The notes under the pieces were generated by a model. That model saw only the letters and a program-made list of their open reading frames with translations. It was not told the origin of the DNA and ran no database searches. A stretch of DNA of 64,000 bases from Fimicolochytrium jonesii (lineage: Eukaryota), in NCBI RefSeq assembly GCF_025526975.1, contig NW_026515674.1:868001-932000 (forward strand), read 5' to 3'. Both the position numbers and the translations under genes were made by a program. This document shows, piece after piece, positions 51,510 through 64,000 of the stretch (position 1 is the first letter of the stretch; every line of letters begins with the position of its first letter).

Positions 51510-54500
51510 TCACCCCTCCCCCGCAACCCCCTGCCCAACCCACCGTCTCACAAGCCCGCCCATCTCCTCCACCCCCTCAATCAAATCCTCCATCGCACTG
51601 CTATACGCCATAAACTTGATATACCCCTCCCGTTCCTCCTTCTTATCCGTCAGCACCCGGTCGCGAAGCAAGGGTAGGTCGCGGATCTTGCTGAAGAGGC
51701 GGAGACGGGCGGCCCGGGCGGGTGGGAGGAAGGGCGGGAGGGGTGTTTTGGTGAAGAGGGAAGTCGAGAGCGTGTGGAGGTAGAGGAGGAGGGAGGCGAA
51801 CTGGGGTTCAAATGGGTGGTGAGTTAGTAGGAGGTCGGGAAGGGAAGAGCAGGGATTAAACTGACCATGTCGATGCGGTACTTATCAACCGGCATCAAGA
51901 TCTCCTTCCTGACAAATTTCCCAAACCCTATATCGACATCCCCCTGCGCGTGGTCATCAGCTCCGTCCACAGCCGCATACTCGCCATCCACAATCCTGCG
52001 TATATTCCCCAACCTCTCAACCAAATTCTGCTCAACGGTGATAATCTCCTTCACAATATGGTACGCAAACGGTCCCTTCAGCCGGGGCTCGTTGGTGGTC
52101 ATCACCAGCAATTCCTTTTGTCGCGTGACGGAGGCCGCGAGGGCGCGTTCGATGTGGCGGATACGCAGTCGAGCGCGTTTATGGCGGGCGAGGACGTAAT
52201 GTGAAGGGTTAGACGCTGCTTCGTCGCTCGAAGTGACGATAGCGGCGAGTTGCGAGCAGAGCACCGACATCAGATACACATTCTTACTCAACGCAATCCT
52301 CAACTCAATCCTCGCCACAAACGGCCAAAAGTAGCTCGTAACGATCAGCGCGACACAGACGCCGATGGAGATCGTCATCATGCGTTTGAGTGCGAGGAGG
52401 ATTACGGGGTCCCCCGTGACTGCGGGGTCGCGGACGTAGACGGAGAGCCCGACTACCGCGAAGGTGACGAGGGCGGCGGTGCCGAGACGTGCGTGCGGGG
52501 TGCGGGTGAAGATGTAGAAGTTGGGGAAGGCCCAGAGGAGGGTAAGGAGGGTTGTGACGTAGGGGTTTTCGGGCGCGATGGCCCAGGTAAGGTAGCCGTA
52601 GATGCCGCCTGCAAGGGTTCCTGGAGCGAGTAAGAGAGTGTTAGCGGGCATGGATTCTGTCGAGTGTGGGAAGATACGGCGGAAGCCAACACCTATTATA
52701 CGATATAAGCCCATGCCGACTGAAGCCCCGACGCTCGGAGATATCACCAAAAGCATCGTGACCAACGCCCACGTTCCCCTCCACTGTGACCACCTAACGA
52801 TTGCAAAATGACCATCAGCGACCCAGATCAGCTTCCAATTACTTCAACAACGTTCCCTTACCAATCAGCCCACACAAAAGCCGGCCAAGCAAGCAACGCC
52901 GTAGCCAACGACATCTTGAACCCAAACCTCATCGGATGCGTCTGAAACCCCTTAAAAAACGTCCACATCTTCCACCTCACCCTCCCCATTACACCCGGCG
53001 CAATAGTCGTCTCCTGCCCCTCGGTAAACTCAGCAATATCCGGCGCCTTTGTATTCTCCAGTTCAGGCGCGGCCCCCATGGCCCATTTACCGAATTTCAC
53101 GTCGGGTCTCCAGAACCGTTTGGGGGCGACGCGTTTCGCGCGCATCTCTTCCACGCCTTCCACGAATTTGAGCACCTTGGAGGCGGACTCTTTCATGTTA
53201 AACATGAAGAAGGCGGCGAGGAAGTATTCTTCGCGAAACATGTTGGCTGCGTTCCAGTGGGTGTTTGTTGCATTGGTGGGCCCGCCGGGGGTGAAGGGTG
53301 CTAAGGGATCGATTTGGTGGGAGACGCGGGACATGACGGCCCATTCGGATTCTTCAAAAGCCCGGATGGCGGCTTGGAGTGTGTACATGGGCGTGTCTTT
53401 CAGGGCGAAGAGGCCGATGTTGCTGGTGTGCAAATCGGATGAGGTGACTCTGCTGCGTCGGCGCGCTTCTTTGCAGACGCCGTCGCGGGAGGAGCGGAGG
53501 AGGGAGGGGGAGCTTTTGAGGAGTTGGAAGATGTGGGATACCCGTCCGGGAGGTGTGCCAGTGGCGGCGTTCATCTGTTGGTTTCCGTATTCGAGACAGG
53601 AGACGCCGGCGGAGGTCAACTCGACGAGGGTGCCGGAAACGGATTGTAGGTATTGCTGTAGGAGTCGTTTGCATCCGCCGTACATCCCTCTCGTGATTTC
53701 GCGCCCAACAATTTGAACGTGGTGGCCTTCAGCGATCTCGTGCTCGAGATATACGCTGGCTGCTTGGATGGATCTCAACGACATCTGACTCCGAGTCGAC
53801 CTTACAGTCGTCTGAATTGGTGACGCAGGCGAATCATGCGGAACGTGATTCTCATGTTGCAGAATCTTCATCGCCGCCTGTCGCCGACTGATGGGGTCCA
53901 AGTGTTCGCCATACGCTCCATGAACCGCATGCGACTGAACGCTATCCTCGACACTCGCCTGCAGCGGATTCCTGCGAATAATGCTAGCATTCCGCGTAAC
54001 CTCCTCAACCCCCATCAGCTCGTTCGCCAGCTTGACGCACGCCACCATCCCGCTGAGGTACTTCATCATCTCCTGCAGAGGCTGGACAAGCAGCTTGTAG
54101 TCGTCGGGTGAGTAGCGGTTGTAGGTGACTTCGTATTGGCACTCGCGGCGGGCGGCTTTCGTTTTGGCGATAGCGGCGCGGACTGTTTCTTGTTTGGCGA
54201 GCAGTTTTTCTAGTGGTGTGGCGTCTTTAGTGCCGGCTTTCAGGAAACTTTGGACTATCATGTCCAGGAGTTCTGTGCATTCTTTTACGGAGTCGTCGAT
54301 AGATCTGCCGCAGTTTTCAAAAATGAGCTATCTGTTCGTTCTCGAGACAAGATGTCGACCTTGTCATTCACTTACGATTTTAGAATTCGTCCACTGAACT
54401 TTGGAAAAACCAAGAGGTTTGTGACCAAGCATATCAAACCTCCTGCCAGGATAGGCTTGATGATTGCCCACAACGAGATAGGGATTCCTTCACGCGTTTT

Positions 54501-55334
54501 CGCCCGCGTGGTCATCGGAAACGCCAGGGCGAGAGCAGTGATGACCGTCGAGACGTGCAGACGGGGGTATGAAGCTCGAACGTAGCCCAACATGAAGGTG
54601 GCCATGACCAAGAATGCTATCTGGATCAAAGCGGCTCCAGCTTCGCCTTCCTCGTAGGTGTCAAAGGAGTCGGAATACGCCACGGACAGAGTCAGAGCGA
54701 CCACCGTAATGGCCGAACCAAGCGCCAGACCGATGCAACAGATTAATATCGTTTCGGAGAAGGCGCCGACCGTCTTTACTGAGAGAGCGGATGGTCACTT
54801 TCGAGAAGCGGGTGAGAGAATGATTAGAATCACGCACTAACCTGGAGAGAAAAGGAGGACGGCGATAGGAGCCAGATAGGCGGTTGTTCCAAAGTCGTGA
54901 GCGATCGGTCGAATCAAGACAATAAGAACAGCTAAGTAAAAAGCGACTACGGCTTTTGTGCAAGTCTTGACCGTTTCGGCCGATAAGTGACTGGACGCCC
55001 AGCTACGAAGTTTTCCCACCATACTGTCGTCCTTTGGCGTGGTAGCGGTCGGCGACGCGGATGGCGGCTCCTTCCTTCCAACTCCAGATAATGCTGGTGG
55101 TATCCCGGTGGTTGCATACATAGGCAGTTCGTGGACTCCGACTGGCACAGGGCCCGCCTCTATCGAAGCCGAGCGTGGAGGCCGGACAGGTTCTTCCGGG
55201 CTGCTGCTAACTTCTGGAACGATAATGGTGACGGGTGGTCCTCCTTGCCGCTGACGACTCGACCCAGAGAAGTAAGACTGTTCGGTCCCTCGCTCATCTA
55301 GTTCTAAGTCTTCCACATCTCGCTTAGTCTTCAT
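51510..55334 (-). CDS. FUSC/ArAE-like (aromatic acid exporter / ALMT-like) membrane protein; multi-exon
   Basis: Two TM clusters (KAVVAFYLAV…LLFSPG; FGFKMSLA…WRGTWALVT…SPSVGASV…RIIG…GTLAG) and ALKRMMTISIGV…YFWPFVARIELR, EPRLKGPF. Confidence 0.8.
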
Positions 55335-57366
55335 GACACTGGTGCCCTCGCCATGCGCTGGGCAGTTCGGTAGTGAGTCCCGCCGGCCGCGGGAAGGAGT
55401 GAGTGATCCCTTGAACGATTTGAACGTTTGTTTGGGAGAAACGTAACTGTGACAGAGTTTGGCAGCTTTTCTGGAAACGCCTGCCGATTTCGAATGGGGA
55501 TTGCCGTTGCGATGCCTCTGCAGAAGTCTACCATGCAAGTTCAATGCCGAAGGTTGCAGCGTGGGAAAATGGGAACTGGGTCTGCTCTCGATCTGTCGAA
55601 CACGGGAAATTGACTTGTTGCGTCATCATCGGCAGAAACAGGGCGAGCACTTCCATCCCCCTACCCTCTGTGGCGGCAGCTCAAACTCAGACCACTCAGC
55701 GTCGAACCCCACCGTCCTTGGCATTGTCACATACACAGGCACGAAGGACGACTTTGTCTGCGGTCGAAGGACGTCTTTGTCGGGATGCTTTTGTGACCTC
55801 GAAGTCTTCAAGGCAGGCTACACTCAAACAAATGTCAGAGAGCCAGCCGACGTTGACAATTCTTGTCGCAAAGACAGCACCCAATAAGGCTCAACGTTCG
55901 AAATGGGGCTTCCGGTCCGGAATGCCCGCGAAAGACCGGGTCTTGGCCGCCTTTCGTCCGATAAAGTATCTTCGTGTTGTCGCCTTCCCTGCGGCGCGAT
56001 GTTGAAGGAACTGTTGCAAGACTGGGCAGTAAATACGGAAACGATAAGTATGCCCACAGACGGAATTCTTGCCGGCGGCCGAGGGACAGGAGAACTGGAT
56101 TCCATTAGTGGTGATGAGCCGCTTCCCGACGTGTGGAGGACCGTCATGTATTCCGAAAGTTCCCTTTGCCCGAGGAGGATTTAGGAAACAGGACCCACAT
56201 CAGATCATGACGACACAACTTGGGTGACGCTGGCGAGAATGTCTTCGAAGAACTCGGAGGAACTGGTGCACGTGGACCGGCAGAAACCCTGGGAGAAACC
56301 CTGTCGTTTTTCTGGAGACTGTTGTTGTTTTCACGCGGCAGATGCTTATCTGGCTAGAATTGGTAAGATGTTGCCACTGGGAGCGACATGAAGACAGGTT
56401 CTCATTATGTACACTCATTCTCTTTCCGTTGCGGGTTAGATTTACACGACAGAGATTTCTGGGACTGGGATGGCAATGGTCGCATCATCACATAGTTTCT
56501 GATCTTGAATCTTGCATATATGAAACATCGCCATATTGATGTGGGTCAGGCGTCGTAAAAGGACGTCCATCTTTGCATACACTTATAGATCATTTTGCAT
56601 TCCCACACACCATCCAACTACCTATACGAGGTATGCCACCGGGATACTAAATATAGAGCTCGTTGATTCGATCTCTTGACCTGAATCGCCGACCTGATTC
56701 GATACATGTGAGGGATATATACGGAGGCGCACAACCTTGGAAAAACGGATGTTGCGGACCTGTTAACCGGCGACCTTCCATGCCGTCCGCAAAGATACCG
56801 ATCCATTGACGTCTCCCGATCGGTCAGATGTGAATCATGAAGTTGCTCACGCCCCAAGACGACCGGAACGGTGGTGAGAGTTCACGTGCAAGCGGAACAT
56901 TGCTTGTTCGTGGAGTTTGCGTAGGATCGTAGGACAGCATTACGGTGTCTAGGGACGCTCGGGGATATTGCATTTGACTCGTAGGACTCTCATTACTCGT
57001 TATTCCAACACAACAGCGAAGCTCAGAAACGTGGCAGGAGGATGGAGAAACGCCCCAAAAATCCAAATGACATTGTGCCGCATCAAGACCCTACGTCGAA
57101 CCCAGCTCGCACGAGATAAAGATAGAGAATACACAAGAGTCGCGAATCACAACAAGACAACAGTAACCCAGCCAAGACACGCACAACATCTTCAGTCAAT
57201 ATTGCACGATATGGAAGAGTCGCGAATCACACAAGCAGACCACAGCACCAGAAACAAGACCATGCACAGGAGTTTTTTTCAATGTTATGTATTAAAAGAA
57301 CATGACTTAAGATACAGCTCAAATTTGACGTTTTACGGGTGTTTTTTGGGGTTTTTAGTTTTTCTA

Positions 57367-57574
57367 CAAGAGGATCTTCATTGTTGATCTCTTGCTGGAT
57401 CAACAACGGGCCGGAAGGGTCGCGAATTGGCCTTCGCTTCTTCGGCTCTCTTGATCGGACGATCCGCTCTCACGAAGGGTGCCGACCAAGAGGATCTTCA
57501 TTGTTGATCTCTTGCTGGATCAACAACGGGCCGGAAGGGACGCGGCTCTCTTGATCGGACGATCCGCTCTCACG
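57367..57574. repeat. Near-tandem duplication (57367-57474 and 57487-57574); copy 2 lacks about 20 nt; contains hairpins and many GATC sites
   Basis: A 53-bp block CAAGAGGATC…GGAAGGG repeats at a 120-bp offset and a 32-bp block CGGCTCTC…CTCACG repeats at a 100-bp offset. Confidence 0.92.
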
Positions 57575-58284
57575 TAGGGGGACGGGAGAGATCTCGATCA
57601 AGGGTCAATTCGAAAAAGTGAAACACCGCCGGGGGAGAAGTTGTGGTGGGTGAGAGGAGGTTGACAAGACCGGGTGGAGAGGGTGCGGTGGTGGGTAAGA
57701 GTTGGTGCTGGTGTGGTAGGACGGTGTGTGCTCGGGAAGCGGGTTGATGTGGGTTTCCGAGGCGCGCAAGGTGGTATGCGGGAGGCCATGGTTGCTGGGT
57801 GCAGCGGGTTGCTCCGAAGGAGGACCTTGAAGGCGGACGAATCAGATGACGGACGACGATAGCATAGGTAGATGGATTGAATGTATAGGAGGCGTGCCAG
57901 GAGGGTAAGAAGGCAGCGAGAGAAGCGTCGAGCGAAGCGTTGGAAGGCTTGCAGGTATGTAGTAGTGATGATCACGTTCGATGCGATGAAGTAGATAGCG
58001 ATGCGCCGAGTAGGTAATGTGAAATGTAGATCGACTCCGTAGTAGTGTGCAGATGCGAGCGAAGTAGAGTTAGATGTCGCCGAGTAATTGTGATAGATAC
58101 AAGTGCTAGTGATGTTGCAATCGATAGAATGTGGCAGGTATGAGGGTAAGACCGGAAGGGGAAGGGGCGACCGACCGACTTCTGCTTTTATATTCGTCCG
58201 AGGTGTTGAGAACGTCCGTTCAAACCTCGGTCGGATTGTGAGCCCTTGTCGTGCTCGCACTAGTTGTTGCCGGCGTTTTATTAT

Positions 58285-58465
58285 GGCCCGCCTGGAAAGT
58301 GGCCAATTTTGACGGAAATGGACGACAAAAAAACAGGCTTGGCTGGGCCATGCACTAGTGAGCGAGCGAGTTCCGGTGAGGATGAGGAGGCCCTGGTGGA
58401 AAGTGGACGAATTCGAGGGAAATGGACGACGCGAAAAGTGTTTTGCCCGGGCCACACGCTAGTGA
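58285..58465. repeat. Diverged 77-bp direct repeat (58285-58361 and 58389-58465), both copies ending CTAGTGA
   Basis: Ungapped manual alignment gives about 57/77 identities, including TGGAAAGTGG, GGAAATGGACGAC, GGGCCA and CTAGTGA. Confidence 0.75.
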
Positions 58466-59097
58466 TGGAGATAACTCTGCCGAGGTTGAGTTGGGCAGGC
58501 TAGGGCCAAATCAACACCGTGCGCTTTTGTATGCGCGAGAGGTTGCAAAACGGAGAAGGCCCTTTGAGGGCTAACGTGGCCCACCTGGTAGATGCGTCGG
58601 CTAGGTTCTTGCGCTTTCCATGCGCATCGATCACAATGCGTAGCAATTGCCAATAACGGATGCTGTAGTACAGTATACTCTGTGTACACGGGGGCGGGTC
58701 GTTATTGGTGAGCGGAGTTTACAGTTTATTGACGGGCCCTGACTCCTGGATCATCATGCCCCTTTTTGTGTTACTGTCGAAATTGCGATGGTTGCGAAAT
58801 GATAAGTCTGTAAGTCACGTGCGCGGGCGTGACTTGTTCGATTTCTCTCGAATCACGTGACTCGCTTAGACAGAGCTTAGTGTTTGCTGTCGCTTCTTTG
58901 AGGCGAGTCGCGAAGACCCCTGGCACGGCTTTTTCTGCAAGGTAACATTGGACCTTCCTTTGCATTGGCCATTAAGCACGGCAACGCAGGTCATACACAT
59001 ACCAGGTACGGCAAGAAAATACAAAGGGAGGCACCGGGAACCGCAAATCCGCTCTCCCGATTTTGCTCACACGTATTCTTTCAAACAACAGCGCAAC

Positions 59098-60819
59098 ATG
59101 TTGGTTCTTTTCGAAACTCCTGCGGGGTACGCCCTCTTCAAGCTTCTCGACGACGGGAAGCTGAAGAAGCCCGATGACCTCTACAAAGACTTTGAGACCG
59201 CCGACTTGGCCAACAAAGCCGTCAAGCTAAAGGCGTTTGCGAAATTCGAAAACACAACCGATGCTCTGTCTGCGGTCACTGCGCTGGTGGAGGGAAAGAT
59301 GTCGAAGAACTTGAAGAAGTTCCTGGTGGACGAATTGAACGAGAAGGACCTGAAGGACCAGCTTGCTGTTGCGGATGCTAAGCTAGGTGGGTTCTTGGGA
59401 GCCAATTTGCCGAGCGACCTCTTATTGCGTTAGTGCCATTTCGCAATGTCGCTGACCTGCGTCCATAACTCTTGTCTCACCACAGGAAGCGCCATTGCGA
59501 AGAAGTTGAACATTAAGGTCATCTCTGACGCTGCAGTAAACGAGCTGATGCGTGGAATCCGTTACCAGCTCTCTTCCCTTATCTCCGGACTGTCGGAATC
59601 GGACATGAACGCGATGGTCTTGGGTCTGTCCCACTCTCTCTCCCGATACAAGCTGAAGTTCTCCCCCGACAAGGTCGACACTATGATCATTCAGGCGATC
59701 GCTTTGCTGGACGATTTGGACAAAGAGCTGAACACATACGCAATGAGGGTGAAGGAATGGTACGGATGGCACTTCCCGGAAATGACCAAAATCATCGTGG
59801 ACAACTTGGCCTACGCGCGGACCGTCAAAGTCATGGGTTTCCGGAGCAACGCTGAGGCGACCGACCTCTCCACAGTGCTCCCTGAAGAGCTGGAGCTCGA
59901 GCTGAAGGAGGCGGCTAAGGTCTCGATGGGTACCGAAATCAGCGACGAGGATATCGAAAACATCACGTTGCTCTGCGACCAGATCATCAGCATCACCGAG
60001 TACCGCACACAACTATACGAGTACCTCAAGAACCGCATGGCCGCCATCGCACCCAACCTTACATGCCTGGTCGGCGAGCTCGTCGGCGCCCGTCTCATCG
60101 CCCACGCCGGGTCCCTCCTCAACCTCTCCAAACAGCCCGCTTCCACCGTCCAGATCCTCGGCGCCGAAAAGGCCCTCTTCCGTGCATTGAAGTCCAAGCA
60201 CGATACCCCCAAGTACGGTCTCATCTACCACGCATCCCTGGTTGGACAGGCCGGCCCTAAGATCAAGGGAAAGATCGCTCGTGTCGTCGCCACTAAAGCT
60301 GCTCTGTCTATCCGTTGCGATGCGCTGGGTGACACCGACACACCCAACATCGGTATCGCGGCTCGGGCAAAGATCGAGGCGAGGTTAAGACAACTGGAAG
60401 GAAAGGCGGTCCGGGCGGTCAACTCGTCGTCGGCGAAGGGCAAGCCTGCGCAGAAGAAGTACGATTTCGCGGCGGGTGCATCATATAACGCGGCATCGGA
60501 CGCTGTCACAACAACGCCGTCGAAAACGGACCCTGACGCTGCCGTGGATGGAGAGGTATCGGCGAAGAAGGAAAAGAAGGAGAAGAAAGTGAAGAAGGAG
60601 AAGAAGGTCAAGAAGGAGGAGGTGGAAGAGGCTGACACGCCAGGTAAATCACTCACACCGCGTCCGCTCACCACGGGAAACCCAGATCTTAATCCGTTCA
60701 TTTTCACAGTCCCATCCCCAGAAAAGAAAAAAAAGCGAAAAGCATCCGAGGTCGAAGACGACGCCGCACCACCCGCCGACGCCGAAAAGAAGAAGAAGAA
60801 GAAGAAGGAGAAGAACTAG
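59098..60819 (+). CDS. NOP58: Nucleolar protein 58 (box C/D snoRNP), 3 exons
   Basis: [70 protein letters not shown] and a KKE-rich tail. Confidence 0.96.
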
Positions 60820-61311
60820 AAAGAACAGTCCCCACACACCATCACCACCCACTGTTAACTTATAGCCCCTCTGCTCTAGCTTCCCGCGGCGCCTCCAGGT
60901 GCATGCGCTCTGCAACATCCCCCACACACCATCACGTCACCCCATTGCTGCTGCATCTCGATTTTATCTTCATAGCTTTTTCGGATAGTATCCTTATAGG
61001 GCGGAAGCCGTCTGCGCCGCTTTCTCACGGTTTCGTTTTTGCTTTTTCCACTTGTACACATTATGTTATTATTAGGAGCATCCATCTTTTCATCGATCGC
61101 TTGTTGGGCCTTGTTTCGTTGAGAGTTTCACGACGGAACGCGTGCGGATGTTCTTTCAAACTTTCCGCCTTTCGATTTTGCCCACCCGCATCCGGCCTCA
61201 TTTACCTACGCCACACACAATCTCGTACTGTACATAACAAGTTCAAAGCGCTCGCCCCAGTGCGTTCCATTGCGCATTCACTACCCTAGTTTTCCAATCT
61301 CGACGTTCACC

Positions 61312-62330
61312 ATGATGTCCTCGTCCATGTCCATCCGCCGCCTCCCCACCCAATGCCGCCTTCTCCGCCCATCCCACCGCCTCCTCCACACAACCCGTCT
61401 CCCGCATCAAGCAATAACCTCCGAAGCCGCAGCAACAGGCTTCACAGGCGAATCGTCTTCATTCAGCAACGGCCGAGTCAAACGCGAATTAACAGAGACG
61501 GAAAAGGACATGATCGCCGCCATGCTCCGCGTCGACCATGCGGGCGAGCTGGGGGCGAACTGGATCTATAAGGGGCAGCTGGCTGTGCTGGGTGGGGACC
61601 CGAAGGTTGGGCCTGTCGTGCAGGTGTGTACTGTAGTCCCCACACTATCCAAACAAGCCTCTCTCTCAACCCTCTCTCTTAACCGATCGCGGTTCTGCAT
61701 GTTTTTTCCAGCATATGTGGGACCAAGAGAAATTCCACCTGAAAGTCTTCGACTCCCTGATCGGACAGAACAGGGTGCGTCCGACCGCCTTGCGTCCGTT
61801 CTGGGAAGTCGCTGGGTATGTGTTGGGTGCCGGCACGGCGTTGATGGGTAAAGAGGCTGCGATGGCGTGTACGGAGGCGGTGGAGACTGTTATTGGGCAG
61901 CATTATAATGAGTGAGTGGGTTTTTGCTCGTTTTCGGAGGACGGGGGTGAGCGTGTGATTGATGGTTTTTGGGTTCACGACAGCCAGTTGAGGGAACTCT
62001 TGAAGATCGATCATCCCGAGGTGGAGAAACTGCGAGGGGTTATCAAGCGGTTTAGGGATGAGGAGCTGGAGCATTTGGATACGGCCGTTATTCATGACGC
62101 GAAGGAGGTAACGCTTGGGAGAATGTAATGCCGAGGCGGATCTGGTGTGATTCGAGGAACTAAGTTGGGTTATTGGGGCTTGTGTAGGCACCGGCGTATC
62201 CGGGGTTGACGGCTGCGATATCACAGGTATGTGCATATGAAACGATGACCTTGGAACTTCGCCCCGAAGCATTACTGACAAGTAATTGTAGGGTTGCAAA
62301 GCCGCGATATGGGTAGCGACACGATTTTGA
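61312..62330 (+). CDS. COQ7: 5-demethoxyubiquinone hydroxylase (Coq7/Cat5); multi-exon
   Basis: Mitochondrial-targeting-like N-terminus; [46 protein letters not shown] and [12 protein letters not shown]. Confidence 0.95.
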
Positions 62331-62933
62331 ACGGTTTTCGGATTCCACCCGATTACCATCACCTTCGCCTCTGCGAGGCGATCTATGCGGCAGTTGATGG
62401 TAACGGACCGAAACACGCATCCCGCGTCGCCTGCAGGTGACCAGAAAGGAGCTGTTGAAGCGCATGGGAGCGTCATAGCAAAGGCGCGCGATTGTCCATG
62501 CTTCTATTGAAGCAACCGGGTCCGGCATGACTGGTCAACGGCGTCTTGCCGCAGAGTGGTGCGAAGGACCCGCGATTCGAGAAGCGCCCGAATGAACCAC
62601 GGTTGGCCTCGATGGAACGGAGCACTGGGACCCAACATCAACCTTTCGGGATAGAAACCTCTCGTTCTAGAATCGCTTTGTAGGCTCTATCACAGCACAC
62701 ACGACTCGATATACCCTATGTGTTTTCTTATGGCGCATAAACATCTGTTGGCCAAAGGACGTGTCGTTCTTGGGCATAATATACGAAATCGTGTAGTCTA
62801 CGTTCTCATCCGCGCCTATCATAATTTACTGTGGAAAAGCTCCGTCTACCCAAATGGATGTCTGTTCCCCCTACCGCTGTGAGCGTAAACCCTGCACACG
62901 GCGAAACAGTCCGCATAGGAGAGCCGTCCCTAC

Positions 62934-63971
62934 TCAATCCGCACGCTTGCGCTGTCTAACCCCCGTCTTCACCGCCTTCGCCTTCTCATCAATCCCATTC
63001 ACCATCGGCGTCGCCTTCTCCTTCGACGGCGCCCTCTTCATCACCGCCTCCAACCCAATCCCGGTAAACACTAGCCCGACAGCCGCCCACTGGCCCAACG
63101 ACACATGGTGATCAAACCAAAAGAAACTCAGCAGGATCGAAAACATCTTCCGCGTGACCGTGACGGTCACCAGACTAACGGCGCCGAAGCGCTCAAGCGT
63201 GTGGTAGATGAAACACTGCCCGATCGCGCCGCAGAATCCGTACAGGAGGATATCCGCCACGATCCGCGGGTGCGCGTGGCAGAACGTCAGGGCGCTCGAG
63301 AGTTCGGCCGTGAATGGGTTCAGGAGGAGGTACAGCGTCATTGCTGCCGAGGAAAGGAGGTTGAGGTACACCATCATGGACGCGCCGGTGACCTTGAATT
63401 TATGGAAGATGCGGTCCTGGGTGGAGTTCACCGCGCCGTCCATCAGAAGGTTCACGAGGAGTAATCCTAGTCCGTATAAGCTGTTCGACCGCCCGCCGCG
63501 TTTTGCAGCCGCGTCGTCCTCCTGTTTATGCAGCAGCATGAACGCCGACACGCCTGCGGTGATCAGGGCCACAATCAGGTATTTTTGCGCCGGGAAGGTG
63601 CGGCGGTAGATCAGGAAATTCATCAGCAGCACCGGTACGAGTTTACATGATTTGCCGAGGATCACCGTCGGGTAGTCGATGTGTTTCAGGGCCTCGTACC
63701 CGAACTGCGGGGCGACGGTCGTGAGGAAGGCGCATTGGATGTAGCCTGTCCATAACTCCTTTGACGGGCGGCCGAGGGGCTGTTTCTTGATTAGCCGGAC
63801 GTAGATGAACCCGACCAGCGAGGCGCAGAGGGATTGCACGACGTTGAGGAAGACAAAGTGGCGGAACTTTTGGCCGCCGTAGAGTTGGGTTGTGACGGCT
63901 TCTTGGGTCAGTTGCCAGGTTAGGAAGCAGGTGTAGATTCCGACGACGCAGACGGCGAGTTCGGCGACCAT
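62934..63971 (-). CDS. HUT1: UDP-galactose transporter homolog 1 (SLC35B1-like), single exon
   Basis: GIYTCFLTW…QE, FGYEALKHIDYPTVILGKSCKLVPV, DGAVNSTQD, GAIGQCFIY and TVTVTRKMFS. Confidence 0.92.
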   Translation of the reverse strand: MVAELAVCVVGIYTCFLTWQLTQEAVTTQLYGGQKFRHFVFLNVVQSLCASLVGFIYVRLIKKQPLGRPSKELWTGYIQCAFLTTVAPQFGYEALKHIDYPTVILGKSCKLVPVLLMNFLIYRRTFPAQKYLIVALITAGVSAFMLLHKQEDDAAAKRGGRSNSLYGLGLLLVNLLMDGAVNSTQDRIFHKFKVTGASMMVYLNLLSSAAMTLYLLLNPFTAELSSALTFCHAHPRIVADILLYGFCGAIGQCFIYHTLERFGAVSLVTVTVTRKMFSILLSFFWFDHHVSLGQWAAVGLVFTGIGLEAVMKRAPSKEKATPMVNGIDEKAKAVKTGVRQRKRAD

Positions 63972-64000
63972 TTTTGCACCGGGGGTTTTCTGGGCCCTGG

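Noticed and set aside
57367..57574. Repeat-spacer appearance suggesting a CRISPR array
   Set aside because: Only two long copies, no series of unique spacers, no cas genes, and a eukaryotic context.
57598..58455. 285-aa minus-strand ORF
   Set aside because: Low-complexity composition, non-ATG start, no domain recognised, and it lies within a repeat-rich interval.
59387..59486. Possible intronic snoRNA in NOP58, as in vertebrates
   Set aside because: The intron is short and has no box C (RUGAUGA) paired with a terminal box D.

Overview
Eukaryotic, intron-rich, GC-rich fungal genomic DNA. It is most likely from a flagellated (chytrid-type) fungus, inferred from a MYCBPAP-like axonemal gene and a ParB-HTH/Dam-type methyltransferase-fold gene. 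About 17 spliced protein-coding genes can be supported. These are PAP2 phosphatase, Ssk1-like response regulator, COX17, MYCBPAP-like, a DMT transporter, SKI3, RIB3, RET2 (delta-COP), a multi-pass membrane protein, a CDF zinc transporter, an MFS transporter, a FUSC/ArAE-type transporter, NOP58, COQ7 and HUT1, plus the unusual genes below. The most unusual part is 15.5-28 kb, which holds four consecutive loci built from phage or mobile-element modules: (1) a ParB-like HTH fused to a Dam-type N6-adenine methyltransferase fold whose NPPY motif reads NLCG; (2) a disrupted DUF3990/ADP-ribosyltransferase-like gene; (3) a tyrosine-recombinase core-binding-like domain with AT-hooks and no catalytic domain; (4) an intact, intron-containing BED-finger hAT transposase-like gene with no evident TIRs. 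A second window-wide signal is that many exons start C/A-rich and end G/T-rich, with synonymous codons flipping, whichever strand the gene is on. No rRNA, tRNA or CRISPR array was seen. All family assignments come from motif recognition by eye, not database searches, and exon boundaries are manual predictions.
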